DNA of 64,000 nucleotides, taken from an uncultured Pseudomonadota bacterium (lineage in GTDB: Bacteria > Pseudomonadota > Alphaproteobacteria > JACZXZ01). The position numbers and the translations under genes were made by a program. The notes under the pieces are model-generated. The model worked only from the letters and a program-made list of their open reading frames with translations. It made no database searches and was not told the DNA's origin. Below are positions 53,841 to 63,461 of the stretch, piece after piece. The stretch is from assembly GCA_963749075.1 (NCBI GenBank), contig CAVVLJ010000021.1, forward strand, positions 384,001 through 448,000, in the 5' to 3' direction. The stretch's first letter is position 1. Every line of letters starts with the position of its first letter.

Positions 53841-54422
53841 ATGCCGCGGAGCAAGGCTTTCGATCCCGATGTGGCGCTGCGTAAGGCCATGCAGCTCTTC
53901 TGGCGGCAGGGCTACGAGGCGACCTCGGTCGACCAGCTCGTCCGTGCCATGGGCGTGAACCGGGCGAGCCTCTACGCCACCTTCGGCGACAAGCGGAGCC
54001 TCTTCCGCCGTGCGCTCGAGCGCTATTTCGCGTCGGTGCTGGCGCCGCGCCTGGCCCTCGTCGAGCAGGCGCCGTCGCCGCTCGCGGGGTTGCAGGCGCT
54101 CTTGGCCGAGGTCGTCGCCTTTGCCGCGGGCGATCCGCAGCGCCGCGGTTGCCTCGCCGTCAATAGCGCCTGCGAGCTCGCGAACCGCGATGCCGAGCTT
54201 GCGGCCCTCCTCAAGGCGCAGGCGGAGGAGCTCGAGCGCCTGCTCGCGCGCGTGATCGCGCGCGCGCGCGAGAAGGGCGAGATCCCGGCCGCGCGCGATC
54301 CCGTGCCGCTCGCCCGCCTCTTAGCTACGGTGATCGACGGCTTGCGCGTGCGCTCCAAGCTCGATCCCGGCCGTGCCGAGCTCGAGAGCATCGCCGCAGC
54401 AGCACTGGCAGCGCTCGCATGA
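53841..54422 (+). CDS. TetR/AcrR family regulator
   Basis: FWRQGYEATS..MGVNRASLYATFGDK, GCL. Confidence 0.93.
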   Translation: MPRSKAFDPDVALRKAMQLFWRQGYEATSVDQLVRAMGVNRASLYATFGDKRSLFRRALERYFASVLAPRLALVEQAPSPLAGLQALLAEVVAFAAGDPQRRGCLAVNSACELANRDAELAALLKAQAEELERLLARVIARAREKGEIPAARDPVPLARLLATVIDGLRVRSKLDPGRAELESIAAAALAALA

Positions 54423-54512
54423 GCCGCCGGCGCGCGCGGACGCGCCTTACCATCCGCCAACTTCACCATTAATTGACTCGGCCAAGGCACTCCGGGAGCT
54501 TATCGTCGCGTC

Positions 54513-55244
54513 ATGTCCAAAATCGCATTCCTCTCTGCCGCCACGGCCCTGCTCGCCGCCGTCCCGCTTCCCGCCGCCGCGGCGGGCGGCACGCCGGTCG
54601 TGGTCGAGCTCTTCACCTCCGAGGGCTGCTCGAGCTGCCCGCCGGCCGACGCTTATCTCGGCGAGCTCGCGCATCGGGCCGGCGTCGTGGCGCTCGCCTT
54701 CCACGTCGATTACTGGGACTACATCGGCTGGAAGGATCCTTTCGCCTTCCACGAGGCGACCGAGCGCCAGCGCCGCTACACCGCGGCACTCGGCAACCGC
54801 TATCTCTATACGCCCGAGATGGTGGTCGACGGCAGGCGCGACGCGACCGGCTCGGACCGCGAGACCGTTAGCGAGCTCATCGATTCCGAGGAGAAGGCCG
54901 TGCGCAAGCTCCAGCTCGCGGTGAGCGAGACGGGCAGCGACGGCTACACGGTCGGCATCCCGGCCTCGAGCTTCAGCGGCGGCGCCACGGTGTGGCTCGC
55001 CCTCTTCGACCGCGAGCACGAGACGGCGGTCGGCCGCGGCGAGAACGAGGGCCATACGCTCAAGGAGTTCAACGTCGTGCGCGAGCTGCGCAGCATCGGC
55101 CGCTACGACGGCAAGGAGCAGCACATCGCCCTGGCGATGGAGCCCATGCCGGAGCAGGGCTGCGCCGTCCTGGTGCAGTCCGACTACAAGGCGGGCGACG
55201 GACAGGGCGCCATGCTGGGCGCCGCCCTCGTCGAACGCAAGTAG
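54513..55244 (+). CDS. DUF1223 secreted thioredoxin-like protein
   Basis: VVELFTSEGCSSCPPAD, HVDYWDYIGWKDPF, YTP. Confidence 0.93.
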   Translation: MSKIAFLSAATALLAAVPLPAAAAGGTPVVVELFTSEGCSSCPPADAYLGELAHRAGVVALAFHVDYWDYIGWKDPFAFHEATERQRRYTAALGNRYLYTPEMVVDGRRDATGSDRETVSELIDSEEKAVRKLQLAVSETGSDGYTVGIPASSFSGGATVWLALFDREHETAVGRGENEGHTLKEFNVVRELRSIGRYDGKEQHIALAMEPMPEQGCAVLVQSDYKAGDGQGAMLGAALVERK

Positions 55245-55254
55245 GGGTGCCGGC

Positions 55255-56118
55255 TCACGTCTCCGCCGCCGCTTCGGCGGCGGCGAGCTCGCGCAAGCCG
55301 TTCAGCGCCACCTGGAAGAACGCCTCCTGCGCCATGGCCTGGGGATAGACCGCATAGGCCGGGCGGCGGAACTCGGGTGCCGCTGCCACGAGATGGAGGC
55401 GCCCCTCGTCGAGATACGGCCGCACCGCGCGGATGGGGAAGTAGGCCGTGCCGCCGTTCTCGAGGATATAGCTCAGGCCGAGCAGGCCGATCGAGACGCT
55501 CACCGCCGGCGTCGCGAAGTCGGGGAAGGCCTGGCTGTGGCCCGAGAGGAAGGCCGGACCCCAATCGACGAAGACGTAGCCTTCGCCGATCGCAGGCGCT
55601 GCGTCCTTCTCGCTCGACACCATGACGAGACGGTCGTCGAAGAGGGGCTCGATGACGAAGCCGGTGCGGCTCTGCGGCGCATACATCGCCGCGATGTCCA
55701 AGAGGCCCTCGCCGAGCTGGCGCACCAGCGTCTCGGGCGTGCCGACCTCGGCGCGCACCGCTACGTCCGGCATGGCGTTGCGGATCCACGGCAGCCACTT
55801 GATGAGGAGCCGGTCCCACAGGCTGTACTGGCCGCCGATGCCGAGCGAGGCGCGGAAGCCGGGCGGCAGCGCCACCTCCTGCCGTGCCTGCTGCCAGGCG
55901 CGCACCAGCGTCGTGGCGTAGCGGCGGAACTGCTGGCCCGCCGCGGTCAGCTGGGCGCCCGCCTTGCTGCGCACGAAGAGCGGCCGGCCCAGGCTGTCCT
56001 CGAGCGCCTTGATGCGCATGCTGGCGGTCGACTGCGTGATGTTGAGGCGCTCGGCCGCCTTGACGAAGGTGCCGGTCTCGGCGATCTCGAGAAATGTGCG
56101 TGCCTGCTCGATGTCCAT
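55255..56118 (-). CDS. LysR family regulator
   Basis: RTFLEIA..FVKAAERLNITQST.S.RIKALE. Confidence 0.93.
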   Translation of the reverse strand: MDIEQARTFLEIAETGTFVKAAERLNITQSTASMRIKALEDSLGRPLFVRSKAGAQLTAAGQQFRRYATTLVRAWQQARQEVALPPGFRASLGIGGQYSLWDRLLIKWLPWIRNAMPDVAVRAEVGTPETLVRQLGEGLLDIAAMYAPQSRTGFVIEPLFDDRLVMVSSEKDAAPAIGEGYVFVDWGPAFLSGHSQAFPDFATPAVSVSIGLLGLSYILENGGTAYFPIRAVRPYLDEGRLHLVAAAPEFRRPAYAVYPQAMAQEAFFQVALNGLRELAAAEAAAET

Positions 56119-56180
56119 CGCGAGCCGTGAAGAGGGCTGCTTGCCGTCCAGGCATTGCACGCCCGGACTTATCGGAAACT

Positions 56181-56236
56181 ATGATTTTATATATCTATAA
56201 AATTCATTTGTCCAATGGAAGGGGCACTTTTAGGTT
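56181..56236 (+). promoter_or_regulatory. AT-rich palindrome (candidate LysR site) abutting a sigma70-like promoter
   Basis: TTTTATA-TATC-TATAAAA dyad, then TTGTCC-N17-TAGGTT. Confidence 0.55.
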
Positions 56237-56242
56237 GGCACT

Positions 56243-56376
56243 GCCGACTGCACTTGGCCGCTCCTCGGAGCGGCGAGGCTGCCAATAGGCGACGCCTAGA
56301 CCTAACCGCAGAGGCGGCACCGTCCCTACCGGTGCCGAGTAGCGGCCGCCCCACCCTGGAGGCGGCCGCATTTTTT
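56243..56376 (+). ncRNA. Candidate small RNA divergent from LysR
   Basis: Hairpins at 56257-56274, 56286-56298 and 56315-56337 (loop TCCCTAC); terminator 56342-56369 followed by T6; no credible ORF. Confidence 0.55.
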
Positions 56377-56566
56377 GCCCCCGGCTGCGGAAGCACTCTC
56401 ACGCGGCGACGCGCGCGTTGTATGATTGCTCGCCGGAGATGCACCGGCCGCGGGCGCCGGCACCGTCAGGCGGGGGCCGCGAGGGCGGTCGTTCCGCCTG
56501 CTCCGGCGATCGAACCGGACGAGGAGGGGCGATCCTTGAACGAGGAGCACGGCAGGTGCTGACTGG

Positions 56567-57364
56567 ATGACCGAGGCGGAGCGGCTGGCGCGGCAGCAGG
56601 AGGCGGCGGATTCCTATCACAGGTTGGCGCTCGAGCTCGAGGCCGCCGGCCTCACGGAGGCCGCGCTGATCGGCTTCCAGGCGGCGGCGTCGCTCGATCT
56701 GCTCAACCCGGTCCTTCAGCAGAGCTTTGGCGGCCCATTCAACGGCCAGGAGCGGCGCCGCGAGATATTCAAGGGAATATTGGCGCACCTGCTGCCCGGC
56801 GCGGTTGTCGAGACCGGCACCTATCGCGGCACCACGACCGAATACATCGCCGGGATCTTCTCCGGTCCCATCTTTAGCTGCGAGGTCGATACGCGCTGCT
56901 TCCTGGCGTCGCGCCGCAAGCTCGCGCGCTTTGCGCATGTCGAGATCGCGCAGTGCGATTCCCGGCGCTTCCTCAGGGAGGCGCTGGACAAGCTGCCGCC
57001 GGGCGCGCCGATCCTGATCTATCTCGACGCCCATTGGGGCGCCGATCTGCCGCTGCGCGAGGAGATCGAAATCGTGCTGACGTTCGGCCGCGATGCCGCG
57101 ATCATGATCGACGATTTCGAGGTGCCTTTCGATCAAGGCTATGGCTTCGACGATTACGGCGCCGGCGGCCGGCTCTCGCTCGCCCTGCTCGAATTCGTCA
57201 AGGACCGGTCGATTCGGCTGTTCTTTCCCAGCACCGCCTCGGAGCGCGAAACCGGTGCGCGGCGCGGCTCGGTCGTGCTCGCGACCAGCCCGCGGGTCGC
57301 TGCCGCGCTTGCCGAGGTCGGCGGTCTCGTCGGCGGAGATTGGCACGATTGGCACACCGGTTAG
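56567..57364 (+). CDS. Hypothetical protein, class I SAM-methyltransferase-like fold
   Basis: VVETGTYRG, GDS-like CDS, YLDAH, IDD motifs. Confidence 0.6.
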   Translation: MTEAERLARQQEAADSYHRLALELEAAGLTEAALIGFQAAASLDLLNPVLQQSFGGPFNGQERRREIFKGILAHLLPGAVVETGTYRGTTTEYIAGIFSGPIFSCEVDTRCFLASRRKLARFAHVEIAQCDSRRFLREALDKLPPGAPILIYLDAHWGADLPLREEIEIVLTFGRDAAIMIDDFEVPFDQGYGFDDYGAGGRLSLALLEFVKDRSIRLFFPSTASERETGARRGSVVLATSPRVAAALAEVGGLVGGDWHDWHTG

Positions 57365-57383
57365 GCGCCGCCAGCTCCTCCCT

Positions 57384-58184
57384 CTACTCGTCGCTCTCGG
57401 GCTCCGCCTCCGCGTCATAGAGCACCTCGAGGACCACGAACCACGGGTAGCGGCTGTCGAGCGCCGTTCCGTCCGCGCCCGCCAAGGTGCCGCCTTCCGC
57501 GAGCGGCACATGGGTCAGGCTCACGGCGTCGTCCACATTGCCGCCGATGACGCTCAGCACCCCCGGCTGCACCTCGACCGCGATCGCGCAATGGCCGGGC
57601 CATATTGTGGCGGTGGGCAGATCGGCGAAGCGCAAGTGGCGGGCGCGGCCGCGCCCGAGGCAGATGAGGTCGCCCGGCTTGGGCGCATAGCTCTCGGGCG
57701 GCTCGGCGCGCAGGATGGGCGACTTCCCTGCCGCCGCGGCATTGACGTAGGCGGCGTGGTCGGCGGCATAGGGGAAGCGCTTCGCAGCACCCGCGATGCG
57801 CATGACGTAGGAGATGAAGGCGGCCGACCAGGCGTATTGGCCGTCGACGCTGGCGGGAAAGACGGCGCCGTTCGCGTCGTGCTTGCCCGTCCAGGCGACC
57901 TCGGGAGCATCGGCCTCGAGCCCGATCCACCAATATTCGCCGACGCGCTGCCAGAGGCCCGCCTGACGCTCCGGCTTCTCCGCGGGCGTCGGCTGCTGTC
58001 GCGTGCCCGGCGCCTCGTTGGCCACGGGCGAGCCGAAGAGACGCCACTCGCGGAGCGCCACCGCCACCGCGTCCGCGCGGTTGAACGGCTCGTAGGGCTT
58101 GTCGGCGAAGCGCGGCGCATGATCGGCGGGCGCGCAGGCGGCGAGTGCCGCAAAGAGGAGCGCCGCGGCGACGCTGCGGAACAT
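57384..58184 (-). CDS. DUF2272 lipoprotein (NlpC/P60/CHAP-like)
   Basis: Lipobox LAAC; AWSAAFISYV, PKPGDLIC, GHC, IGGNV.DAV. Confidence 0.85.
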   Translation of the reverse strand: MFRSVAAALLFAALAACAPADHAPRFADKPYEPFNRADAVAVALREWRLFGSPVANEAPGTRQQPTPAEKPERQAGLWQRVGEYWWIGLEADAPEVAWTGKHDANGAVFPASVDGQYAWSAAFISYVMRIAGAAKRFPYAADHAAYVNAAAAGKSPILRAEPPESYAPKPGDLICLGRGRARHLRFADLPTATIWPGHCAIAVEVQPGVLSVIGGNVDDAVSLTHVPLAEGGTLAGADGTALDSRYPWFVVLEVLYDAEAEPESDE

Positions 58185-58252
58185 CGTCGCACGAAGCGAT
58201 GCGGCTGCTCTTCTCACGCCTTTCTCCACCGAATGCCCCTCCAAGCTCAGAG

Positions 58253-58756
58253 TGCCCCTCCCCCCTTGAGGGGGAGGTTGGCCGCGCAGCGGCCGGGAGG
58301 GGGGTATCGAGGGTGCGGTATAGCAATTGGGTGTTGGCGAAGCGACCCCATTGGAATCAGAATTAGCCGATGGTCTCGCCGATCGCCCGTCGCCTGCGCC
58401 AGACGCCGACGGAGGCGGAAATCCGCCTATGGTCGCGCCTCCGCCGAAAACAGCTCGACGGCTTTCGCTTCCGTCGTCAGCAGCCCATCGGCCCCTATGT
58501 GGTCGACTTCTTTTGTCCTGAAGCCGCGCTCATCGTCGAGGTCGATGGCGGCCAACATGCTTGGAGCGAAACAGAGGATTCGGCTCGCACTCGCTGGCTC
58601 GAGGCACGCGGCTATCGAGTCGTCCGCTTCTGGAACAATGACGTGCTCGGCAACACGGACGGAGTGCTTCTCTCGATTCGCGACGCACTGCACGGCCAAC
58701 CCCCCTCCCGGCAACGCTGACGCGTTGCCGACCTCCCCCTCAAGGGGGGAGGGGCA
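58253..58756. mobile_element. DUF559 nuclease gene bounded by family-A inverted arms (putative autonomous element)
   Basis: Left arm 58253-58305 and the reverse complement of right arm 58699-58756 share TGCCCCTCCCCCCTTGAGGGGGAGGT...GCCGGGAGGGGGGT. Confidence 0.65.
58370..58720 (+). CDS. DUF559 / Vsr-like endonuclease domain protein
   Basis: ARRLR...TEAEIRLW..LR, FRRQQPIGPYVVDF.C, IVEVDGGQH, RT.WL...GYRVVRFWN. Confidence 0.93.
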   Translation: MVSPIARRLRQTPTEAEIRLWSRLRRKQLDGFRFRRQQPIGPYVVDFFCPEAALIVEVDGGQHAWSETEDSARTRWLEARGYRVVRFWNNDVLGNTDGVLLSIRDALHGQPPSRQR

Positions 58757-58780
58757 ACATCTGTCCGAGTCCTTAAGCCT

Positions 58781-60676
58781 TCACGCCGCGAGGCCGCGCT
58801 CGAGCACGTTGGCGAGGCGGCGGGAGAAGGCGGCGGGGTCGGGCGGCGTCTCGCCTTCGACGATGCGCGCCTGGTCGAGGAGGAGATAGGCGTAGTCGGC
58901 GAGCCGCTCGTCCGAGCCCTTGGCCGAGAGGTGGCGCACCAGCTCCTTGATGAGCGGATGGCGCGGGTTGAGCTCGAGGATGCGCTTCGACTGGCCGCCG
59001 AGCTGCTTGTGCTGGCGGAGGATGCGCTCGAGGTGCATGTCCATGTCGCCCTCGTCCGCGACCAGGCAGACCGCGCTGTCGGTCAGGCGCTCGGAAGCGC
59101 GCACGTCCTTGACCGCGTCCTTGAGCGTGAGCTTGAAGAGGGCGACGAGCCCGCTCACCGCACCCGCCTCGCTGTCCTTCTCGGGTGCTAAGGCCTTGGC
59201 CTCGGCACCCCCCTTGATCTTGGCGAGATCGGCGCCGCCGCGCGTCACCGACTTGAAGGGCTTCTCCTTGTAGCCCTCCACCGACGAGAGCCAGAAGCCG
59301 TCGACCGGGTCGGTCATCAGCAGCACCTCGATGCCCTTGGCGCGGAAGCCCTCGAGCTGCGGGCTCTTGGCCAGTGCGTCCAACTCCTCGCCGGTGATAT
59401 AGTAGATGGCCTCCTGGCCCTCCTTCATGCGGCCAACATAGCTCTCGAGCCCGACGAGGCCGCTCTCCGCCGTCGAGCGGAAGCGGGCCAGGCCCAAGAT
59501 GCGCTCGCGCTCGCCCGCCTCCTCGTAGATGCCCTCCTTCACCACGGCGCCGAAGTTGCCCCAGAACTTGGCGTAATCCTCGGCGTCCTCCTTGGCGCGC
59601 TTCTCGAGGGTGTCGAGCACGCGCTTCAAGAGGCCCGAGCGGATGCGCGCCAGAAGCGGGTTCTTCTGCAGCATCTCGCGGCTCACGTTGAGCGGCAGGT
59701 CCTCGCTGTCGACGATGCCGCGGAGGAAGCGCAGCCACGAGGGCAGCAGCTCCGGGCAATCGTCGGTGATGAAGACGCGCTTCACGTAGAGGCGGAGATG
59801 GCCCTTGCGCTCGGGATGGAAGAGATCGAAGGGCGGCGTCCCCGGCACGTAGAGGAGGGCCGAATAGTCGAGCTTGCCCTCGGCGCGGTAATGCAAGGTG
59901 AGCCACGGATCGTCGAAGCTGTGCGCCACGTGGCGGTAGAACTCCTTGTACTGGAGCTCGCTGATCTCGCTCTTGGGCCGCGTCCACAGGGCCGAGGCCT
60001 GGTTGAGCGTCTCCGCCTTGCCGGCACCCTCGAGCTCGATGGGGATAGCGATGTGGTCCGAGTAGCGCTTGACGATGCCGCGGAGGCGCGCGGGATCGAG
60101 GAATTCCTTGCCCGCTTCGCTCAGGTGGAGGGTGATGCGCGTGCCGCGCGCCGCGAGCTCGGCCTCGGCGATGGTGAAGCTGCCCTTGCCGTCCGAGCTC
60201 CAGCGCCAGGCCTCCGCCTCGCCCGCCTTCCGCGAGACGACCTCGACGCGGTCGGCCACCATGAAGGCGGAATAGAAGCCGACGCCGAACTGGCCGATGA
60301 GGCTCGGCGCCTCCTTGCCCCCCTCGCCTTCCTTGGCAGCATCGCCGCCCGCCGCCGCGGCGACGAAGGCCGCGGTGCCCGAGCGCGCGATGGTGCCGAG
60401 GTTCTCGACGAGCTCCGCGCGGTTCATGCCGATGCCGTTGTCGGCGATCGTGAGGGTGCCGGCCTCCTTGTCGAGGGAGAGGAGGATGCGGAAGCTGCCG
60501 TCGCCCTCGAGGAGCTCGGGCCTGGTGAGCGCCTCGTAGCGCAGCCGGTCGCAGGCGTCCGACGCGTTCGAGATGAGCTCGCGGAGGAAGACCTCCTTCT
60601 CGCTGTAGAGCGAGTGGGCCACGATATCCAGGAGCTTGGCGACCTCGGCCTGGAAGCTGAGCTTTTCCTCGGACAT
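58781..60676 (-). CDS. htpG: Molecular chaperone HtpG (Hsp90)
   Basis: FLRELISNASDA, DNGIGM, IGQFGVGFYS, DLPLNVSRE. Confidence 0.98.
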   Translation of the reverse strand: MSEEKLSFQAEVAKLLDIVAHSLYSEKEVFLRELISNASDACDRLRYEALTRPELLEGDGSFRILLSLDKEAGTLTIADNGIGMNRAELVENLGTIARSGTAAFVAAAAGGDAAKEGEGGKEAPSLIGQFGVGFYSAFMVADRVEVVSRKAGEAEAWRWSSDGKGSFTIAEAELAARGTRITLHLSEAGKEFLDPARLRGIVKRYSDHIAIPIELEGAGKAETLNQASALWTRPKSEISELQYKEFYRHVAHSFDDPWLTLHYRAEGKLDYSALLYVPGTPPFDLFHPERKGHLRLYVKRVFITDDCPELLPSWLRFLRGIVDSEDLPLNVSREMLQKNPLLARIRSGLLKRVLDTLEKRAKEDAEDYAKFWGNFGAVVKEGIYEEAGERERILGLARFRSTAESGLVGLESYVGRMKEGQEAIYYITGEELDALAKSPQLEGFRAKGIEVLLMTDPVDGFWLSSVEGYKEKPFKSVTRGGADLAKIKGGAEAKALAPEKDSEAGAVSGLVALFKLTLKDAVKDVRASERLTDSAVCLVADEGDMDMHLERILRQHKQLGGQSKRILELNPRHPLIKELVRHLSAKGSDERLADYAYLLLDQARIVEGETPPDPAAFSRRLANVLERGLAA

Positions 60677-60779
60677 GATCCCCTCGACTGTGCGTTTCCG
60701 TCCCCCGGCCGTGATATGAGGAAGAGGAGAGCCGGGTGCAAGACCCCCGGCGCCACAAGCGGCGGGGCGGGGAAGAGCC

Positions 60780-62135
60780 ATGATCGACGAGACGCACGAC
60801 GCAAGGCGGCGGAGCTGGGTGCCGGGCGCCGACGGACATAGGGACTTCCCGATCCAGAACCTGCCGTTCGGCGTCTTCCGGCCCGCGGGCGGCGCCCCGC
60901 GCGGCGGCGTTGCCGTCGGTGAGTGCATCCTCGAGCTCGCGGCCGTGCTGGCGGCTGGGCTGCTCGACGGCGAGGCGGCAGCGGCGGCCAAGGCGGCGGC
61001 CGGGCCCCGCCTCAATCCTCTCCTGGCTCTGGGCGCGGCACCGCGCACGGCATTGCGCCGGCGCCTCTCGGCCCTCCTCGCCGCCGACGGCCCGGATGGT
61101 GAGCGTGCCGCGGCGTTGGCGGAGAAGCTTCTCCACAAGGCCGCGGACTGCACGCTCGAGCTCCCCGCCGCCATCGGCGGCTACACCGACTTCTACGCCG
61201 GCATCCACCACGCGACCAATGCCGGGCGCCTCTTGCGCCCCGACAATCCGCTCCTCCCCAATTACAAGCACCTGCCGGTCGCCTATCACGGCCGCACCTC
61301 GTCGATCTCTGCCTCGGGTGCGCCGGTCAAGCGGCCGAACGGCCAGCGCAAGCCCGCCTCCGAGGCGTTGCCTAGCTTCGGGCCGAGCCGCAACCTCGAC
61401 TACGAGATCGAGCTCGGCCTGTGGATCGGTCCGGGCAACCGCCAGGGCGAGCCCATCGCGATCACAGAGGCGGGCGGGCACGTGGCCGGCTTCTGCCTCT
61501 TGAACGACTGGTCCGCGCGCGACATCCAGGGCTGGGAGTACCAGCCCCTCGGCCCCTTCCTCGGCAAGAACTTCGCGACCACGATCTCGCCCTGGCTGGT
61601 GACGGCCGAGGCGCTCGCTCCCTTCCGCGTGCCCCAGGCACAGCACCCCGCAGGTGACCCGGCACCGCTCCCCTATCTCATGGATGTGCGCGATCAGGCG
61701 GCGGGCGCCCTCGACGCGACCCTCGAGGTGCTGCTCTCGACGCCTGGGATGCGCGAGCGCTCGCTGCCGCCCGAGCGGCTCTCGCAAGCCTCCGCCCGCG
61801 ACCTCTATTGGACGCCCGCCCAGATGGTGGCGCACCACACGAGTGGGGGCTGCAACCTCGAGCCCGGCGACCTCTTCGGCAGCGGCACCGTGAGCGGGCC
61901 GGAGCGCGCAAGCTTCGGCAGCCTCCTCGAGCTCAGCGAAGCCGGCCGGCGGCCCCTCGCCCTCGCCTCGGGCGAGACGCGGCGCTTCCTCGAGGACGGC
62001 GACGAGGTCATCTTCCGCGCCTCATGCCGCCGCGAGGGCTTCGCCTCGATCGGCTTCGGGGAATGCCGCGGCACGATCGCCCCGGCCCTGTCCCCCCTCC
62101 CTACCCTCCCCCTCAAGGGGGGAGGGGATCCGTGA
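60780..62135 (+). CDS. fahA: Fumarylacetoacetase
   Basis: DFPIQNLPFG, YTDFYA..HHA, YHGR, LLNDWSARDIQ.WEYQPLGPF.GK. Confidence 0.95.
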   Translation: MIDETHDARRRSWVPGADGHRDFPIQNLPFGVFRPAGGAPRGGVAVGECILELAAVLAAGLLDGEAAAAAKAAAGPRLNPLLALGAAPRTALRRRLSALLAADGPDGERAAALAEKLLHKAADCTLELPAAIGGYTDFYAGIHHATNAGRLLRPDNPLLPNYKHLPVAYHGRTSSISASGAPVKRPNGQRKPASEALPSFGPSRNLDYEIELGLWIGPGNRQGEPIAITEAGGHVAGFCLLNDWSARDIQGWEYQPLGPFLGKNFATTISPWLVTAEALAPFRVPQAQHPAGDPAPLPYLMDVRDQAAGALDATLEVLLSTPGMRERSLPPERLSQASARDLYWTPAQMVAHHTSGGCNLEPGDLFGSGTVSGPERASFGSLLELSEAGRRPLALASGETRRFLEDGDEVIFRASCRREGFASIGFGECRGTIAPALSPLPTLPLKGGGDP

Positions 62136-62190
62136 GCGGGCTTGATAACTTCCCCCTCCCCCTTGAAGGGGGAGGGTTGGGGTGGGGGTG
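62092..62190. repeat. Repeat family A copy overlapping the fahA 3' end
   Basis: The fahA tail LPTLPLKGGGDP is repeat-derived. Confidence 0.85.
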
Positions 62191-62215
62191 ACGCTCAAAT
62201 TCGCGAGAGTTGGCG

Positions 62216-63364
62216 CTACCCGTGCAGCACCAGCTTCTGCACGCGCCAGTTTAGGAGCTCGCCGACGTAGAGCACGTTCGGCGCCGGACAGGCCATCTCG
62301 TGGATCCAGCCGAACTGCTTCAGCTGCTTGCCCGATTGGCCGAGCACGCCGAGGAGCTTGCCCTCGAGCGAGAGCCTGTAGATGCGGCCGGGAAAGGCGT
62401 CGGCGCTGTAGAGCACCGGGTGCGGCCCGGGCGAAATGCAGATCGCCCAGGGCGAGCCGGGTGCGAAGGTGCCGGCGGCGATCGTGGCCTCGTCCGGTAC
62501 GTTGCCGATCGCCGGGCGTGCGTCGGGCGGCACCGGCACGTCGATGGTGAACTGGCGCTGGAAATTGCCCTCGCCGTCGAACACCTGGATGCGGCGGTTG
62601 CTGCGGTCGGCGACATAGACGCTGCCCTTGGCGTCGACCGCGATGCTGTGCGGCGTGTGGAACTGGCCGGGACCGGTGCCGCGGTCGCCCCACGACTTGA
62701 GCCAGTTGCCGTCCTTGTCGACCTTGGCCACGCGCGAATTGATGTAGCCGTCGCTGATGTAGGTGTTGTCGGCGGCGTCCCAGGCCACGTCGGTCACCTG
62801 GCGGAAGCGGCCCGGCTCGGACGGCAGCGGCGGGTTGGGATGCTTGAGCGGGCCGGTCTCCTCGTCGGAGGCCTCCTGCTTGCGCCCGAACACCATGGCG
62901 ACGCGGCCCTCGGGCGTGAACTTGATCACCATGTCCGAGCCCTTGTCCGTCACCCAGATGTTGTCGTGGCGGTCGACCTTGACGGTGTGCGCGAACGACC
63001 AGGCATAGAGATTGTGGCCGATCTCGCGGATGAACTGGCCGCCCGGCGCGAACTCGAGGAGCTGGGTCGCCGCCGCGGCATAGGCGGGGCCGGTCGAGTT
63101 GCCGCGCGAGAGCACGAAGACGTGGCCCTTGGAATTGAGCGCCACGCCCGAGCATTCGCCGAAATAGATGTCGCGCGGCAGGCGCAGCGGATTGGGCACG
63201 GAATCGTAGGCGATGGCCGGCACCGTCTCGGCCAAGGCAAAGCGCGGCAGCAGTGCGAGCGCCGCAGCGCTTGCGCCTGCGGCCTGCAGGAAGCGGCGGC
63301 GGGCGAAGCTGCCGCGTCGCGGATCGCCGCAACATGGGCAGGATTCGGCATGATGCAGGCTCAT
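62216..63364 (-). CDS. NHL-repeat beta-propeller (peptidyl-alpha-hydroxyglycine amidating lyase-like), Tat signal
   Basis: RRRFL Tat motif; SDGYINSRV, PHSIAVD, VADRSNRRIQVFD. Confidence 0.88.
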   Translation of the reverse strand: MSLHHAESCPCCGDPRRGSFARRRFLQAAGASAAALALLPRFALAETVPAIAYDSVPNPLRLPRDIYFGECSGVALNSKGHVFVLSRGNSTGPAYAAAATQLLEFAPGGQFIREIGHNLYAWSFAHTVKVDRHDNIWVTDKGSDMVIKFTPEGRVAMVFGRKQEASDEETGPLKHPNPPLPSEPGRFRQVTDVAWDAADNTYISDGYINSRVAKVDKDGNWLKSWGDRGTGPGQFHTPHSIAVDAKGSVYVADRSNRRIQVFDGEGNFQRQFTIDVPVPPDARPAIGNVPDEATIAAGTFAPGSPWAICISPGPHPVLYSADAFPGRIYRLSLEGKLLGVLGQSGKQLKQFGWIHEMACPAPNVLYVGELLNWRVQKLVLHG

Positions 63365-63461
63365 CGGATGACCTCCCTATCGGATGCGGGGCTTTTACCC
63401 CTTTTGCAATCATAGCGCGCGCCGCTCGGCGCGTAACCCCTCATCCGCCACGGCCGGGAGC

